A stretch of 62,064 nt of DNA, filler included, from Desulfonatronovibrionaceae bacterium (GTDB lineage Bacteria; Desulfobacterota; Desulfovibrionia; Desulfovibrionales; Desulfonatronovibrionaceae): assembly GCA_046539845.1 (NCBI GenBank). It is 5 parts of 5 records of this genome, joined end to end, with 100 filler letters (N's around TTAATTAATTAA, not from the genome) between each part and the next. Parts side by side here need not be neighbours in the genome. Positions count along the whole stretch, not along the records: positions 13,032 to 25,786 come from JBKHGE010000056.1; positions 25,887 to 38,562 come from JBKHGE010000057.1; 3 more parts are not named here. The stretch is one strand, 5' to 3'. Below the pieces are notes generated by a model, which was not told where the DNA came from, ran no database searches, and saw nothing but the letters and a program-made list of their open reading frames with translations. Within the stretch, counting starts at the first letter, position 1; every line of letters starts with the position of its first letter. The translations under genes and the position numbers were made by a program. Below are positions 18,809-28,072 of the stretch, one piece after another.

Positions 18809-19204
18809 CTAGATCAGTTCCATGTCCTTGAGTACCTGCAAAAGCTTTTTGTTGTCATAGGGCTTGGTCAGGTACCCGTTGGCGCCGCCTTCATAATAGG
18901 CCTGGACCACGTTCTTGGGATCATCCAGGGCGGTGGTCATAACCACTTTCGCCCCTTCTACTTCTTTCAGGCCCCGTTCTTTTTCCCGTTTGCGGAAGGC
19001 AAGAAGGGCTTGCTGTCCATCCACCTTGGGCATCATGATGTCCAAGAGGATCAGGTCATAAGGCTCGTTTTCCTGCCAGGCCAGGTCAAAGGCGTCCAGG
19101 GCTTCCTTTCCGTCCACGGCCACATGGCATTCCGCGTAAGGGGCCAGGGCCTTTTGCAGAACCTTGCGGCTGGCGAAATCGTCCTCGACAATTAGGCATT
19201 TCAT
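18809..19204 (-). CDS. Single-domain CheY-like response regulator
   Basis: IVEDD, LLDIMMP and YLTKP motifs; GGAG RBS. Confidence 0.9.
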   Translation of the reverse strand: MKCLIVEDDFASRKVLQKALAPYAECHVAVDGKEALDAFDLAWQENEPYDLILLDIMMPKVDGQQALLAFRKREKERGLKEVEGAKVVMTTALDDPKNVVQAYYEGGANGYLTKPYDNKKLLQVLKDMELI

Positions 19205-19278
19205 ATGTATGTTTCTCCTACAAAATATATAGTTAAATCTTGATCATATCCAAAAAATGTAAGAACAGATTAAGCCCA

Positions 19279-21084
19279 ATGAATGATTCAGTCAAGAATA
19301 TAAAAGGTTTTGTGCACAAGCATCTCCCCAATCTGTCCGCCCTGGGTGAAAAGGCGGCCAATGTGGTCCGGGACAAGGAAGATGATTTCTTGAGTCTTGG
19401 CCAAGCCATGCAGGATGTCAAGCAGAAATGTACTTCCTGCCAGGACACGGTGGTCAAGCTGACCGATGTTTTGAGCGGGGAAAGGATGGGGGAGTGCTCT
19501 TCCCGCATGTCCCGGGAGATGGAGCAGATGCAGAAGATATTCTCCCAGCGCAAGTTTTCCCGGCTGATGGAACAGATTGAAAAGCAGGGGGAAAGGGTCT
19601 CTTCCCTGGTCGCCTCCGAGCAGGAATTCAAGAGGATAGTCAAGCGCCTGGGCATGTTGGGCATCTCCACCCGCATCGAGAGCGCCAGGCTCGGGGAGGA
19701 GGGCCGCAATTTCGGTTCCCTGGCCGTGGATGTGGAAGGGCTGGCGGAAAAGATTATTGCCGATGCCAAGCAAATAAAAAGTACCGGAGTGCACCTGCGC
19801 GTCCAGATAGACCATGTCCTGGAAGAGGTCCGGGAAATTGACAGCACCCGTTCCCGGCTTTTGGAGGAGCTCTTTTCCGGGATCAGGCAGAATCTGGACG
19901 AAATGGAAAACATGCGTCTTGAGAGCCTGCGTATGGCCGAGAACATGCAGGAAACCGCCCGGCGGATAACCGAGGACGTAAGCGCCATTGTCTCCTCCAT
20001 GCAGTTCCATGACATCACCAGACAGCAGCTGGAGCATGTGCAACACGTCCTGGAGGAATCCCGGGAAGAAGCGCAGTCGGCTCTGGCGGACAAGGATGGA
20101 GAAGAGGATTTTTTTTTAAAGGACCTGGCCACCTATATAGGCGAGGTGTGCCAGCTCCAGGCCGGGCAGATGCGCAATTCGTATAAGGAACTGGACAAGG
20201 CCTTTAATGTTCTCCGGGACAAGTTTACTTCCATCGAGGACATGGTTCAGGAAATAGTTAAAGAAATAGGCAAAGAGGACAAGGGGAGGGATGATTCCGC
20301 TTCCCGCACCGTAGTGGGGAATATAGTCCACGGTTTGAACCGGGTCCGGGACAACGTGGAGCACACCGGGAGGCAGAATGAGCGCATCACTTCCTTTATG
20401 GATGATATGCGGCGGAATATGTCCGAAATAGAGGGTTTTGTGGATGAGATCGAGGAAGTCGGTTCCGAGGTGGAGCTTTTGGCCTTAAACGCCAGCGTGA
20501 AGGCCGCCCGCACCGGAGAAAACGGGCAGGCCCTGGGAGTGATCGCGGTGGCCATCCAACATCTCTCCTATGAGGCCCGGGATCAGAGCGGAAATATAGT
20601 CAGCATCCTGCAAGAGTCCCTGCAGGCTTCGGACCAAATGGCCCGGGAGGCACAGGAGAGCTTTGATCTCCAGGAAGTAAACAGGGTCAATGAAACCTTG
20701 AAATCCCTGATTTCGGATATGCAGAGCCTGGATGAGCAGGCCTCCGGGCTGCAATCGGCAGTCCATTCCTACGCGGATCAGGTGCTGGGGTATGTAAATA
20801 CGGTTTTTAATGTCCTGGAGGAAAACAGGTCCATCCTCTCCGAACTGGAGGAATTGTACCTGCAACTGGAGGATATAGCCGGCGAATCCGCGGAGATAGC
20901 TCCCAACGGCTCGGCAGAGCACACCCCCCGCCTGCAGAAGCTCCTTTCCCGGTATACCATGGAAAGCGAGCGCATGGTGCATGACATGATCTCCGGACTG
21001 GAAAGGATCGAGGAACAGAATTCCGGGGGAGAACAAGGTTCCGCTTCCGAGTCCGAGGACTGGGATAATGTGGAGCTGTTTTAG
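19279..21084 (+). CDS. Cytoplasmic MCP-like protein
   Basis: Two degenerate signalling hairpins (IESARLGEEGRNFGSLA; LALNASVKAARTGENGQAL), MQFHDITRQQLEH, C-terminal NVELF, no TM segments. Start uncertain (19240 or 19279). Confidence 0.8.
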   Translation: MNDSVKNIKGFVHKHLPNLSALGEKAANVVRDKEDDFLSLGQAMQDVKQKCTSCQDTVVKLTDVLSGERMGECSSRMSREMEQMQKIFSQRKFSRLMEQIEKQGERVSSLVASEQEFKRIVKRLGMLGISTRIESARLGEEGRNFGSLAVDVEGLAEKIIADAKQIKSTGVHLRVQIDHVLEEVREIDSTRSRLLEELFSGIRQNLDEMENMRLESLRMAENMQETARRITEDVSAIVSSMQFHDITRQQLEHVQHVLEESREEAQSALADKDGEEDFFLKDLATYIGEVCQLQAGQMRNSYKELDKAFNVLRDKFTSIEDMVQEIVKEIGKEDKGRDDSASRTVVGNIVHGLNRVRDNVEHTGRQNERITSFMDDMRRNMSEIEGFVDEIEEVGSEVELLALNASVKAARTGENGQALGVIAVAIQHLSYEARDQSGNIVSILQESLQASDQMAREAQESFDLQEVNRVNETLKSLISDMQSLDEQASGLQSAVHSYADQVLGYVNTVFNVLEENRSILSELEELYLQLEDIAGESAEIAPNGSAEHTPRLQKLLSRYTMESERMVHDMISGLERIEEQNSGGEQGSASESEDWDNVELF

Positions 21085-21195
21085 CCCTGTTTATTTTTTG
21101 GCCCGGAGTTCAGGCGCTTTATTTTGCTCACTCTGAATGGTTTCCGGGAAATGCGGATCTATAAAAGCGGCAAAAGTTGAACAGCGGAGGTTTTT

Positions 21196-21483
21196 ATGCT
21201 TGAATATGAATTAGTAAATGAGAAAGTGGGGGCCAGACTGCTTTTGACCGGGGACGGGAGCATTGAAAACGGGGAGAAGTTGAAAGAGGCCTTCCGAACC
21301 GCCCTGGATCGGGGCGGGAATATAATCGTGGATACCAGTGGGCTTAAGAGCATGGATCTCTGCCTGGTGCAAACCTATATCGCGGCAGGAAAGGAAGCAG
21401 AAAATATGGGGGTCCATCTGGAATTGCAGGGGAAAAATATCCAGGATTACATGCAAAGGGTCGGTTATCAAGGGCACTCCTAG
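21196..21483 (+). CDS. STAS domain protein
   Basis: 95 aa with VDTSGLKSMDL..VQ pattern; GGAGG RBS; lies immediately before cheY-cheA. Confidence 0.75.
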   Translation: MLEYELVNEKVGARLLLTGDGSIENGEKLKEAFRTALDRGGNIIVDTSGLKSMDLCLVQTYIAAGKEAENMGVHLELQGKNIQDYMQRVGYQGHS

Positions 21484-21542
21484 TTTAAGGTGTATAATTC
21501 CGGCCCGGAAAATATTATGGGAAAAATCTGTAAGGGGTTTAC

Positions 21543-21905
21543 ATGCCTAAAAAAATCATGACCGTTGATGATTCGGCTAGTGTACGCCAGATGGTCGCTT
21601 TCACCCTCAAGGAAGAGGGGTTTGAAGTAGTGGAGGCCAAAGACGGCCAGGACGCCCTCTCCAAGCTGAACAGTCCAGTGGACATGATCGTTACTGACCT
21701 GAATATGCCCAATATGGACGGTATTGAGCTCATAAAAAACGTCCGGGCCAAATCGGAGATGAAATTTATTCCGATTATAATGCTCACCACTGAATCCCAG
21801 GCGGAGAAAAAGACCGAAGGGAAGAAAGCCGGGGCCACGGGATGGATTGTCAAGCCGTTCAAGCCGGAACAGCTGATGTCTGTGGTTAAAAAGGTGCTTA
21901 AATAG
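21543..21905 (+). CDS. cheY: Chemotaxis response regulator
   Basis: TVDDS, TDLNMP, MLTTES and GWIVKPF motifs. Confidence 0.93.
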   Translation: MPKKIMTVDDSASVRQMVAFTLKEEGFEVVEAKDGQDALSKLNSPVDMIVTDLNMPNMDGIELIKNVRAKSEMKFIPIIMLTTESQAEKKTEGKKAGATGWIVKPFKPEQLMSVVKKVLK

Positions 21906-21938
21906 GCCGGGTTATTCCGGTCTGAATCGGAGGATACT

Positions 21939-24035
21939 ATGTCGGCAAACGAGGACAGGGGGGGACAGGCCTTTCGTGAAGAGGCCCTGGAGCTTTTGGA
22001 TGATCTGGAGAATTCCCTTTTAGAGCTGGAGGAAAACCCCCAGGACGAGGACCTTATTAACCGCGTGTTCCGGGCCATGCATACCATCAAGGGGTCCGGG
22101 GCCATGTTCGGGTTTGACGACATTTCCACATTTACCCACGAGGTGGAAACAGTGTTCGATCTGGTCCGGGGAGGACAGCTCGCCGCCGGACCGGACCTTA
22201 TAAATCTTACCTTTTCCGCCCGGGACCTGATTCTGGCCATGCTGGAGGGCCGGGAGGAAGAAAGCGAAGTACAGGCGGAGGAGATCATTTCCTCCCTGCG
22301 GGAACTGTCCGGAGTGGTTTCCGGGGAGGGGGAAGAAGAGGAAAAGACCGAAGAGGTCTCCGAAGGAGAAAAAAGGGCATTCCGGCCGGAAGACAGGATA
22401 TACCGCGTTCGCCTTTGTCCTTCTCCGGAGATTTTCCTTTCCGGCACAGACCCGGTGTCCCTTCTGGAGGAGCTTTTCGAGCTCGGACAGTGCCGGGTGC
22501 TTATGTACGAAAAGGTTCCCCCTCTCTCGGAATTCAGTCCGGATATGTGTTATCTTTCCTGGGATATAATCCTGACCACGGATCAGGATGCGGATACGGT
22601 ACGGGATGTATTTATATTCGTTGAGGAGGACGAGGCTTCGGTTCAGGAGATCTCCGAGGAGGAATCCGGGGACGACTACAAGAAAATTGGTGAGATCCTT
22701 ATTGAACGTGGGGACATAAGCGCCGAGGAAGTGCAGACCATACTCAAGGCGCAAAAGCCTTTGGGCAAGATGCTGGTGGAAGCCGGGGTAATAAGCGAAA
22801 GACAGGTCCAGGCCGCGCTGGAGGAACAGAGGATGGGCCGGGAATTAAGCCAGGTCCGAAAGAAGTCCGAGGCCGCATCCACCACTTCCAATATTCGTGT
22901 TGCCGCGGACAAGCTGGATAATTTGGTGGATCTGGCCGGGCAGCTGGTTATTATCCAGTCCAGGCTCAGCCAGGTGGCCAGGCAGGAACAGGGACCGATC
23001 CTGGAGAATATCGCCGAGGAGCTGGAACGTTTGAGCGACGAACTCCGGGACAGCACCCTGGGCATCCGCATGCTGCCCATTGGGACCACTTTCGGCAAGT
23101 TCAGGCGTCTGGTCCGGGATCTATCCCAGGACATGGGCAAGGAAATCGAGCTCAAGACCGAGGGCGCGGAAACCGAATTGGATAAAACGGTTATCGAGAA
23201 ACTGAATGATCCTCTGGTCCACCTTTTGCGTAACAGCATTGACCACGGGGTAGAACAACCCGCCGAGCGCAGGGCCGCAGGCAAGGACTCCTGCGGGACA
23301 GTGACCCTGCGGGCCACCCAGGCCGGGGGAAACGTCCTGGTGGAGATCGAGGATGACGGCAAGGGCATGGACCCAAATAAGCTGCGGGAAAAGGCGGAAC
23401 GCATGGGCCTGGTTTCCTCCGGGCAGGAACTCGGGGACAGGGAGGCCCTGGATTTGATATTTCATCCCGGGTTCTCCACTGCCGGTCAAATCAGCGATGT
23501 CTCCGGGCGCGGCGTGGGCATGGACGTGGTCAAGAAAAATATAGAATCCCTGCGCGGACAAATAGACATTGAAAGCCGGCCGGGCAAGGGGACCAGGATC
23601 TCGGTCAAGCTGCCTCTGACCCTGGCCATTATCGACGGGCTTCAGGTCCGGGTGCAGGATGAATTTTACGTGCTTCCTTTGTCCATTGTCGAGGAATGCG
23701 TGGAGATCCGGCGGGGAGAAGAAGAGAACCAGGGCAAGGAAGTGGTCCGGATCAGGGAGGAGCTGGTTCCGTTTATCGCCTTGCGCAATTCTTTCCGTAT
23801 CTCCGGGGATACTCCGGCAATAGAACAGGTGGTGGTTACCAACACCGACGCCGGGCGGGTGGGCGTGGTTGTGGATACGGTAATCGGCGAGCACCAGACG
23901 GTGATAAAAAGCCTGGGCCGGATGTACAAGGACGTGCCCGGCATTTCCGGGGCGACAGTCAAGGGAGACGGAACCTTGGCTCTGATCCTGGATATATCTC
24001 ATTTGATAAAGAGCATGCATCAAAAGGCGGTATGA
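21939..24035 (+). CDS. cheA: Chemotaxis histidine kinase with an MshEN-like insert
   Basis: Hpt FRAMHTIKG, HLLRNSIDHG, SGRGVGMDVV, PLTLAI and a CheW-like C-terminus. Confidence 0.96.
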   Translation: MSANEDRGGQAFREEALELLDDLENSLLELEENPQDEDLINRVFRAMHTIKGSGAMFGFDDISTFTHEVETVFDLVRGGQLAAGPDLINLTFSARDLILAMLEGREEESEVQAEEIISSLRELSGVVSGEGEEEEKTEEVSEGEKRAFRPEDRIYRVRLCPSPEIFLSGTDPVSLLEELFELGQCRVLMYEKVPPLSEFSPDMCYLSWDIILTTDQDADTVRDVFIFVEEDEASVQEISEEESGDDYKKIGEILIERGDISAEEVQTILKAQKPLGKMLVEAGVISERQVQAALEEQRMGRELSQVRKKSEAASTTSNIRVAADKLDNLVDLAGQLVIIQSRLSQVARQEQGPILENIAEELERLSDELRDSTLGIRMLPIGTTFGKFRRLVRDLSQDMGKEIELKTEGAETELDKTVIEKLNDPLVHLLRNSIDHGVEQPAERRAAGKDSCGTVTLRATQAGGNVLVEIEDDGKGMDPNKLREKAERMGLVSSGQELGDREALDLIFHPGFSTAGQISDVSGRGVGMDVVKKNIESLRGQIDIESRPGKGTRISVKLPLTLAIIDGLQVRVQDEFYVLPLSIVEECVEIRRGEEENQGKEVVRIREELVPFIALRNSFRISGDTPAIEQVVVTNTDAGRVGVVVDTVIGEHQTVIKSLGRMYKDVPGISGATVKGDGTLALILDISHLIKSMHQKAV

Positions 24036-24907
24036 TGACTACCACCCGGGGCCGGTCCCAGAACAGATATCAGAGCCAGCACAAGGATATGACCGCGCGG
24101 GAATTCAATGAATTGCGCGAATTTATCCATTCCGAGCTGGGTCTGCGCATCACCCCGGCCAAAAGGGGCATGCTCCAGGCCCGGCTGCAGAAACGGCTGC
24201 GCGCCCTGGGGCTGGATTCCTTTGCCAATTATAAGGAATACCTGTTCAGTCTGCAGGGTCTGGAAGTGGAGATGCCCCACTTCATGAATGTGGTTACCAC
24301 CAACACCACGGAGTTCTTTCGCGAGGCCAAGCATTTTGATTACCTGCATACCAAATTGCTCCCAAAATGGGTGGAGAAATATAATTTCTCCCGCAGATTC
24401 TCCGCCTGGAGCTGCGCCTGCTCTTCCGGTGAAGAGCCGTATACCCTGGCCATTGTCTTAAAGGAGTTTTTCAGTGCCTATTCCCGGGCAGAATGCGAAA
24501 TCCTGGCTACCGATATCAGCTCCGCTGTACTGGAAAAGGCGGTTCGGGCCGTATATCCCGAGGATAAACTGGGCAAGGTTTCCCTTAACCTGAAGCGTAA
24601 ATATTTTTTAAAGAGCCGGGACCGGAATAAAAAACTGGTCCGAGTGGCTCCGGAAATCAGGAAGCTGGTTCGTTTTCGCCAGCTGAATATAATGCACAAT
24701 TTTGATTTCCGGGAAGAGTTCGACGTGATCTTCTGCCGGAACATGCTCATCTATTTCGAGCGCAGCGACCAGGAGCATATCCTGCGCAAGCTCTGCAGAT
24801 TCCTGGCCCCGGGCGGATATCTGTTTATCGGCCATTCCGAGAGCCTGACCGGGATGAACCTCCCCCTAAAACAGGCCGCACCTGCAGTTTACAGATCAAT
24901 TTCCTGA
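24032..24907 (+). CDS. cheR: Chemotaxis methyltransferase
   Basis: TTNTTEFFRE, WSCACSSGEEPYT, IFCRNMLIYF and GHSE motifs; ATGA overlap with the cheA stop. Confidence 0.95.
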   Translation: MMTTTRGRSQNRYQSQHKDMTAREFNELREFIHSELGLRITPAKRGMLQARLQKRLRALGLDSFANYKEYLFSLQGLEVEMPHFMNVVTTNTTEFFREAKHFDYLHTKLLPKWVEKYNFSRRFSAWSCACSSGEEPYTLAIVLKEFFSAYSRAECEILATDISSAVLEKAVRAVYPEDKLGKVSLNLKRKYFLKSRDRNKKLVRVAPEIRKLVRFRQLNIMHNFDFREEFDVIFCRNMLIYFERSDQEHILRKLCRFLAPGGYLFIGHSESLTGMNLPLKQAAPAVYRSIS

Positions 24908-25147
24908 CCCTCCGGGTCGTGAACTTTTTCGACGTTTGCTGTAGAGTTTATCCGCCTGGTATTTTTGGATGTTAAGCTACCGGACCGGAACACACAAAAT
25001 TACTGGGCAAACAAGCAGTTATGAATTTTTATTTCTTGTCCCCCCGGGCCGGAAGCCTTCTTTTTTAAACCCAATCCGGAGGCATCAATTGTACAGAAAA
25101 CAGCCGGAAATTTTGCTCTATCCAAACAAGGCGACAAAGGATAAATC

Positions 25148-25648
25148 TTGAACTGGAGCAGCCACTATCCTCCTCATCTGGAAATGATCTATCTGCACAT
25201 CGGAGATGGTGGGCTTTTCGATTACTCCTGCATGATCCAGACCGTTCTCGGCTCGTGCGTATCGGTCATGCTCATAAGCCACGACCCGGCCGCCGGGGGG
25301 ACTTTCCATGCCATGCTCCCGGACTATCGTCTGCACGAAAGGGCCGGGAGCACCTATTCGGTTTATAAATACGTGAACTCGGCCCTGGACTATCTTTTGG
25401 AAAGATTCCGGAAAAAAGGGATCCGCCCCTCTGCCCTGCAGGCCAAGGTCTTTGGAGGTGCGGACCAGATCGGGATGCGGGGCATTGGGGCGGGCAAGGC
25501 CAATGTGGATATGGCCTATCGTACTCTGAAGGAAAAACGCATCCGGATAACCGCTGAGGACATAGGCGGAAAACAGGGACGCAAGGTTTTGTTTTTCCCG
25601 CACAGCGGAGAGGTCTGGATCAAAAAGATCGCCAACAGCCTAGAATAA
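25148..25648 (+). CDS. cheD: Chemoreceptor glutamine deamidase
   Basis: TVLGSCVSV, HAMLP, AKVFGGA and EDIGG..GRK motifs; start uncertain. Confidence 0.9.
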   Translation: MNWSSHYPPHLEMIYLHIGDGGLFDYSCMIQTVLGSCVSVMLISHDPAAGGTFHAMLPDYRLHERAGSTYSVYKYVNSALDYLLERFRKKGIRPSALQAKVFGGADQIGMRGIGAGKANVDMAYRTLKEKRIRITAEDIGGKQGRKVLFFPHSGEVWIKKIANSLE

Positions 25649-25686
25649 AGCCACGGTAGCGAGCGGGCCTGCCTAATAAAAACATT

Positions 25687-25729
25687 TAAAAGGATAAGGC
25701 GGATAAAATCCACTTCAAACGTCGAGGAG
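25687..25729 (+). repeat. About 42-bp dispersed repeat (taaaaggataaggcggat..aatcca...aacgtcgagg)
   Basis: Near-identical to 26006-26047 on the next contig; an inverted copy lies at about 25921-25972. Confidence 0.75.
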
Positions 25730-25731
25730 CC

Positions 25732-25786
25732 CATAAAAAAATGAAAAAGGGCAGACCCTACTACTATGTCAGAGAGACCGCTAGGG
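25732..25786 (+). mobile_element. 5' fragment of a putative IS1634-like transposase at the contig end
   Basis: Reads HKKMKKGRPYYYVRETAR into the gap, resembling from memory the N-terminus of IS1634-family transposases; only 18 codons are visible. Confidence 0.5.
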
Positions 25787-25886
25787 NNNNNNNNNNNNNN
25801 NNNNNNNNNNNNNNNNNNNNNNNNNNNNNNTTAATTAATTAANNNNNNNNNNNNNNNNNNNNNNNNNNNNNNNNNNNNNNNNNNNN
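25787..25886. other. Artificial contig linker
   Basis: N44-TTAATTAATTAA-N44. Confidence 0.98.
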
Positions 25887-25951
25887 ATAGAGAAGAATAC
25901 AATAACTCTATCTATCAAGGCTCCTAGACATAGCGTATGGGTTTTTTATGC

Positions 25952-26047
25952 TTCATCCGCCTGATCCCTTTTGATGCCAAACCCCGAGCCTTTCGTTAAA
26001 AGCCTTAAAAAGGATAAGGCGGATGAAATCCATATCCAACGTCGAGG
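25952..26047. repeat. Inverted pair of the same dispersed repeat
   Basis: 25952-25972 and 26007-26027 are inverted, matching at 19/21. Confidence 0.7.
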
Positions 26048-26235
26048 CCCCAAAAGTATATCCTTGCAAGCGGTTTTAAGTTGTAAGTGTCTGGTAAAAT
26101 CAGAGTGTTACTAAACTTTTGGGTGTGTTTAACTTCAAGCTATGGCTTTTTTGCACCCGGGCCGGATTGGGACCGGATAAAATAAGTCCTTGCCATGAGT
26201 GGATCTTTGGGTTAGAAGCACATCTCAACAAGACA

Positions 26236-26537
26236 GCAGGTGTCCTGTTACTTTTGCTTTATTAAGCGTATAACAGCGCCTCGCCCCGCGAGGCTGACTT
26301 GCCACCTGCATTAAAGCTTTTTGATTAAAAAGGCGCAGTCAGGTAGGTAAGAAAGCCCGGGCATAGATCCGGCGCTAGAGCCGGTGTCCCATCCCCAGAC
26401 CCTTTCGGGCGGATACAAGAACCGACCGGTATACAGACCATCCTCAGCGATCCCTCTTAATTGAACAAGCCGAACATTTTAGCACAAGACCTTAATCTCA
26501 GGTAGATGGGAAGCTGCAAGCTTTTTTTGTTTGCAAG
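26236..26537 (+). ncRNA. Candidate structured 5' leader (cis-regulatory RNA) of the DEAD-box helicase
   Basis: Nested helices gcaggtg/cacctgc, ctgtta/taacag, gcctcgc/gcgaggc and ccggc/gccgg; long-range tcccatc/gatggga; weak promoter TTGCCA-N17-TAGAAG at 26190-26218. Confidence 0.45.
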
Positions 26538-26590
26538 ACAGTCTGTTGTGGTTCTGCCTGATTTTGTCGGTTGATAAAGGAGATTGGATT

Positions 26591-27709
26591 ATGGATTTTA
26601 CCCAATTTGAACTGGATGGAAAAATACAGGCCGGGATCAAGGCCTGCGGATTTGAAAAACCCACGCCTATACAGGCGCGGGCCATACAACCAGGGCTCGA
26701 GGGCCGGGACATCATGGGCCTGGCCCAGACCGGGACCGGGAAAACCGCGGCCTTTGTCCTGCCCATACTGGAGAGGCTTATGCGCGGAAAAAGGGGACGG
26801 ATTAGAAGCCTGATCCTTTCTCCTACCCGGGAGCTGGCCGAACAGACCCTGGAGCATATAGAAACCCTGGGTCGCCGCACCGGGCTGAAGGCTGTTTCGG
26901 TGTACGGCGGAGTGAGCAAAGGCGGTCAGATCCGCAAGATCAGAAGCGGTGTGGATATTGTTGTGGCCTGCCCCGGTCGTCTGCTTGATCTTATGAACGA
27001 CCGGGCCGTGAATCTTTCTTCCGTGGAAGTCCTTGTCCTGGACGAGGGCGATCGGATGCTGGATATGGGATTTATGCCCGATATCCGCAAAATCTTGAAG
27101 CATCTGCCGCGCGAGCGCCAGAACATGCTTTTTTCCGCGACAATGCCCGCGGACATCAGCCGGCTGGCGGGTGATATCCTGGTCTCCCCGGCCCGCGTCC
27201 AGGTCGACCATGAACAGCCCCTGAAGCAGATAGAGCAGTGCCTGTATCCGGTCAAACAGACCCCCAAGCCGGAGATGCTTTTGCGCCTTTTGCGGGCGAA
27301 AAAGGAAAACAAGGCAACCCTGATCTTCACCCGAACCAAGCATATGGCCACCAAGCTGGCCAAACGGCTCAACACCGCCGGTCTGCGGGCCAGGGACCTG
27401 CAGGGAAATATGTCTCAGAATAATCGGCAGCGGGTCTTGAGCGGATTCAAAAGAGGCCAGTTCAATATCCTGGTGGCCACGGATATAGCTTCCCGGGGGA
27501 TCGATGTCTCCCGCATAGACCATGTGGTTAATTATGATATGCCGGATACAGCCGAGGCCTATACGCACAGGATAGGACGCACCGGCCGGGCCGCCAATAA
27601 CGGCGAGGTCTCGACCTTTGTGGAGCCCAAAAATTTTAGATTGGTCAAAATCATTGAAAAGGCCCAAAATAAAAGTATCCCCAAAAAATTCCTGCCCGAC
27701 CCGGCTTAG
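26591..27709 (+). CDS. DEAD-box RNA helicase (RhlE-like), short C-terminus
   Basis: Q motif, AQTGTGKT, PTRELA, motif II variant DEGD, SAT, SRGID and HRIGRTGRA; AAGGAG RBS before ATG 26591. Confidence 0.93.
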   Translation: MDFTQFELDGKIQAGIKACGFEKPTPIQARAIQPGLEGRDIMGLAQTGTGKTAAFVLPILERLMRGKRGRIRSLILSPTRELAEQTLEHIETLGRRTGLKAVSVYGGVSKGGQIRKIRSGVDIVVACPGRLLDLMNDRAVNLSSVEVLVLDEGDRMLDMGFMPDIRKILKHLPRERQNMLFSATMPADISRLAGDILVSPARVQVDHEQPLKQIEQCLYPVKQTPKPEMLLRLLRAKKENKATLIFTRTKHMATKLAKRLNTAGLRARDLQGNMSQNNRQRVLSGFKRGQFNILVATDIASRGIDVSRIDHVVNYDMPDTAEAYTHRIGRTGRAANNGEVSTFVEPKNFRLVKIIEKAQNKSIPKKFLPDPA

Positions 27710-27745
27710 CAGCCGGTTGATAATCTGCCGCTAGCGGGCTCTAAT

Positions 27746-27781
27746 ATACCCGCCCCCTGGATCCAGGGGGCGGGTATTTTA
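27746..27781 (+). terminator. Perfect 32-bp palindrome plus T-run, probable terminator
   Basis: atacccgccccctgga|tccagggggcgggtat followed by tt, downstream of the helicase stop. Confidence 0.6.
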
Positions 27782-28072
27782 ATTCCGGTCCCAGGGACTT
27801 AGCGGCCGGCAAGGAAAAGTTGGTTCCCCGACGTTTAAAATGCGTTTTGTCCACCTGATCCTTTTGGCCGCAAATCCCCTGTTCAAGGTTTTTTAGGCCC
27901 CGCCAAAGGGGGATGCTTGCCCCACAGACTTTTGCTAAAAAAATGAACAAAAGTTTTCCAGTCAAGGAAGATGGACTGCAGCGCTTGCAACTAGTTGACT
28001 TATGTGGGATAATCAACAATTAAAACCGTCTTGTTCTGTACGCAAATCTTCAGCTTTTGGAATCGCGAATAT

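Noticed and set aside
23696..24031. N-terminal extension of the cheR ORF overlapping cheA
   Set aside because: Shadow frame; the ATGA-coupled start at 24032 is more plausible.
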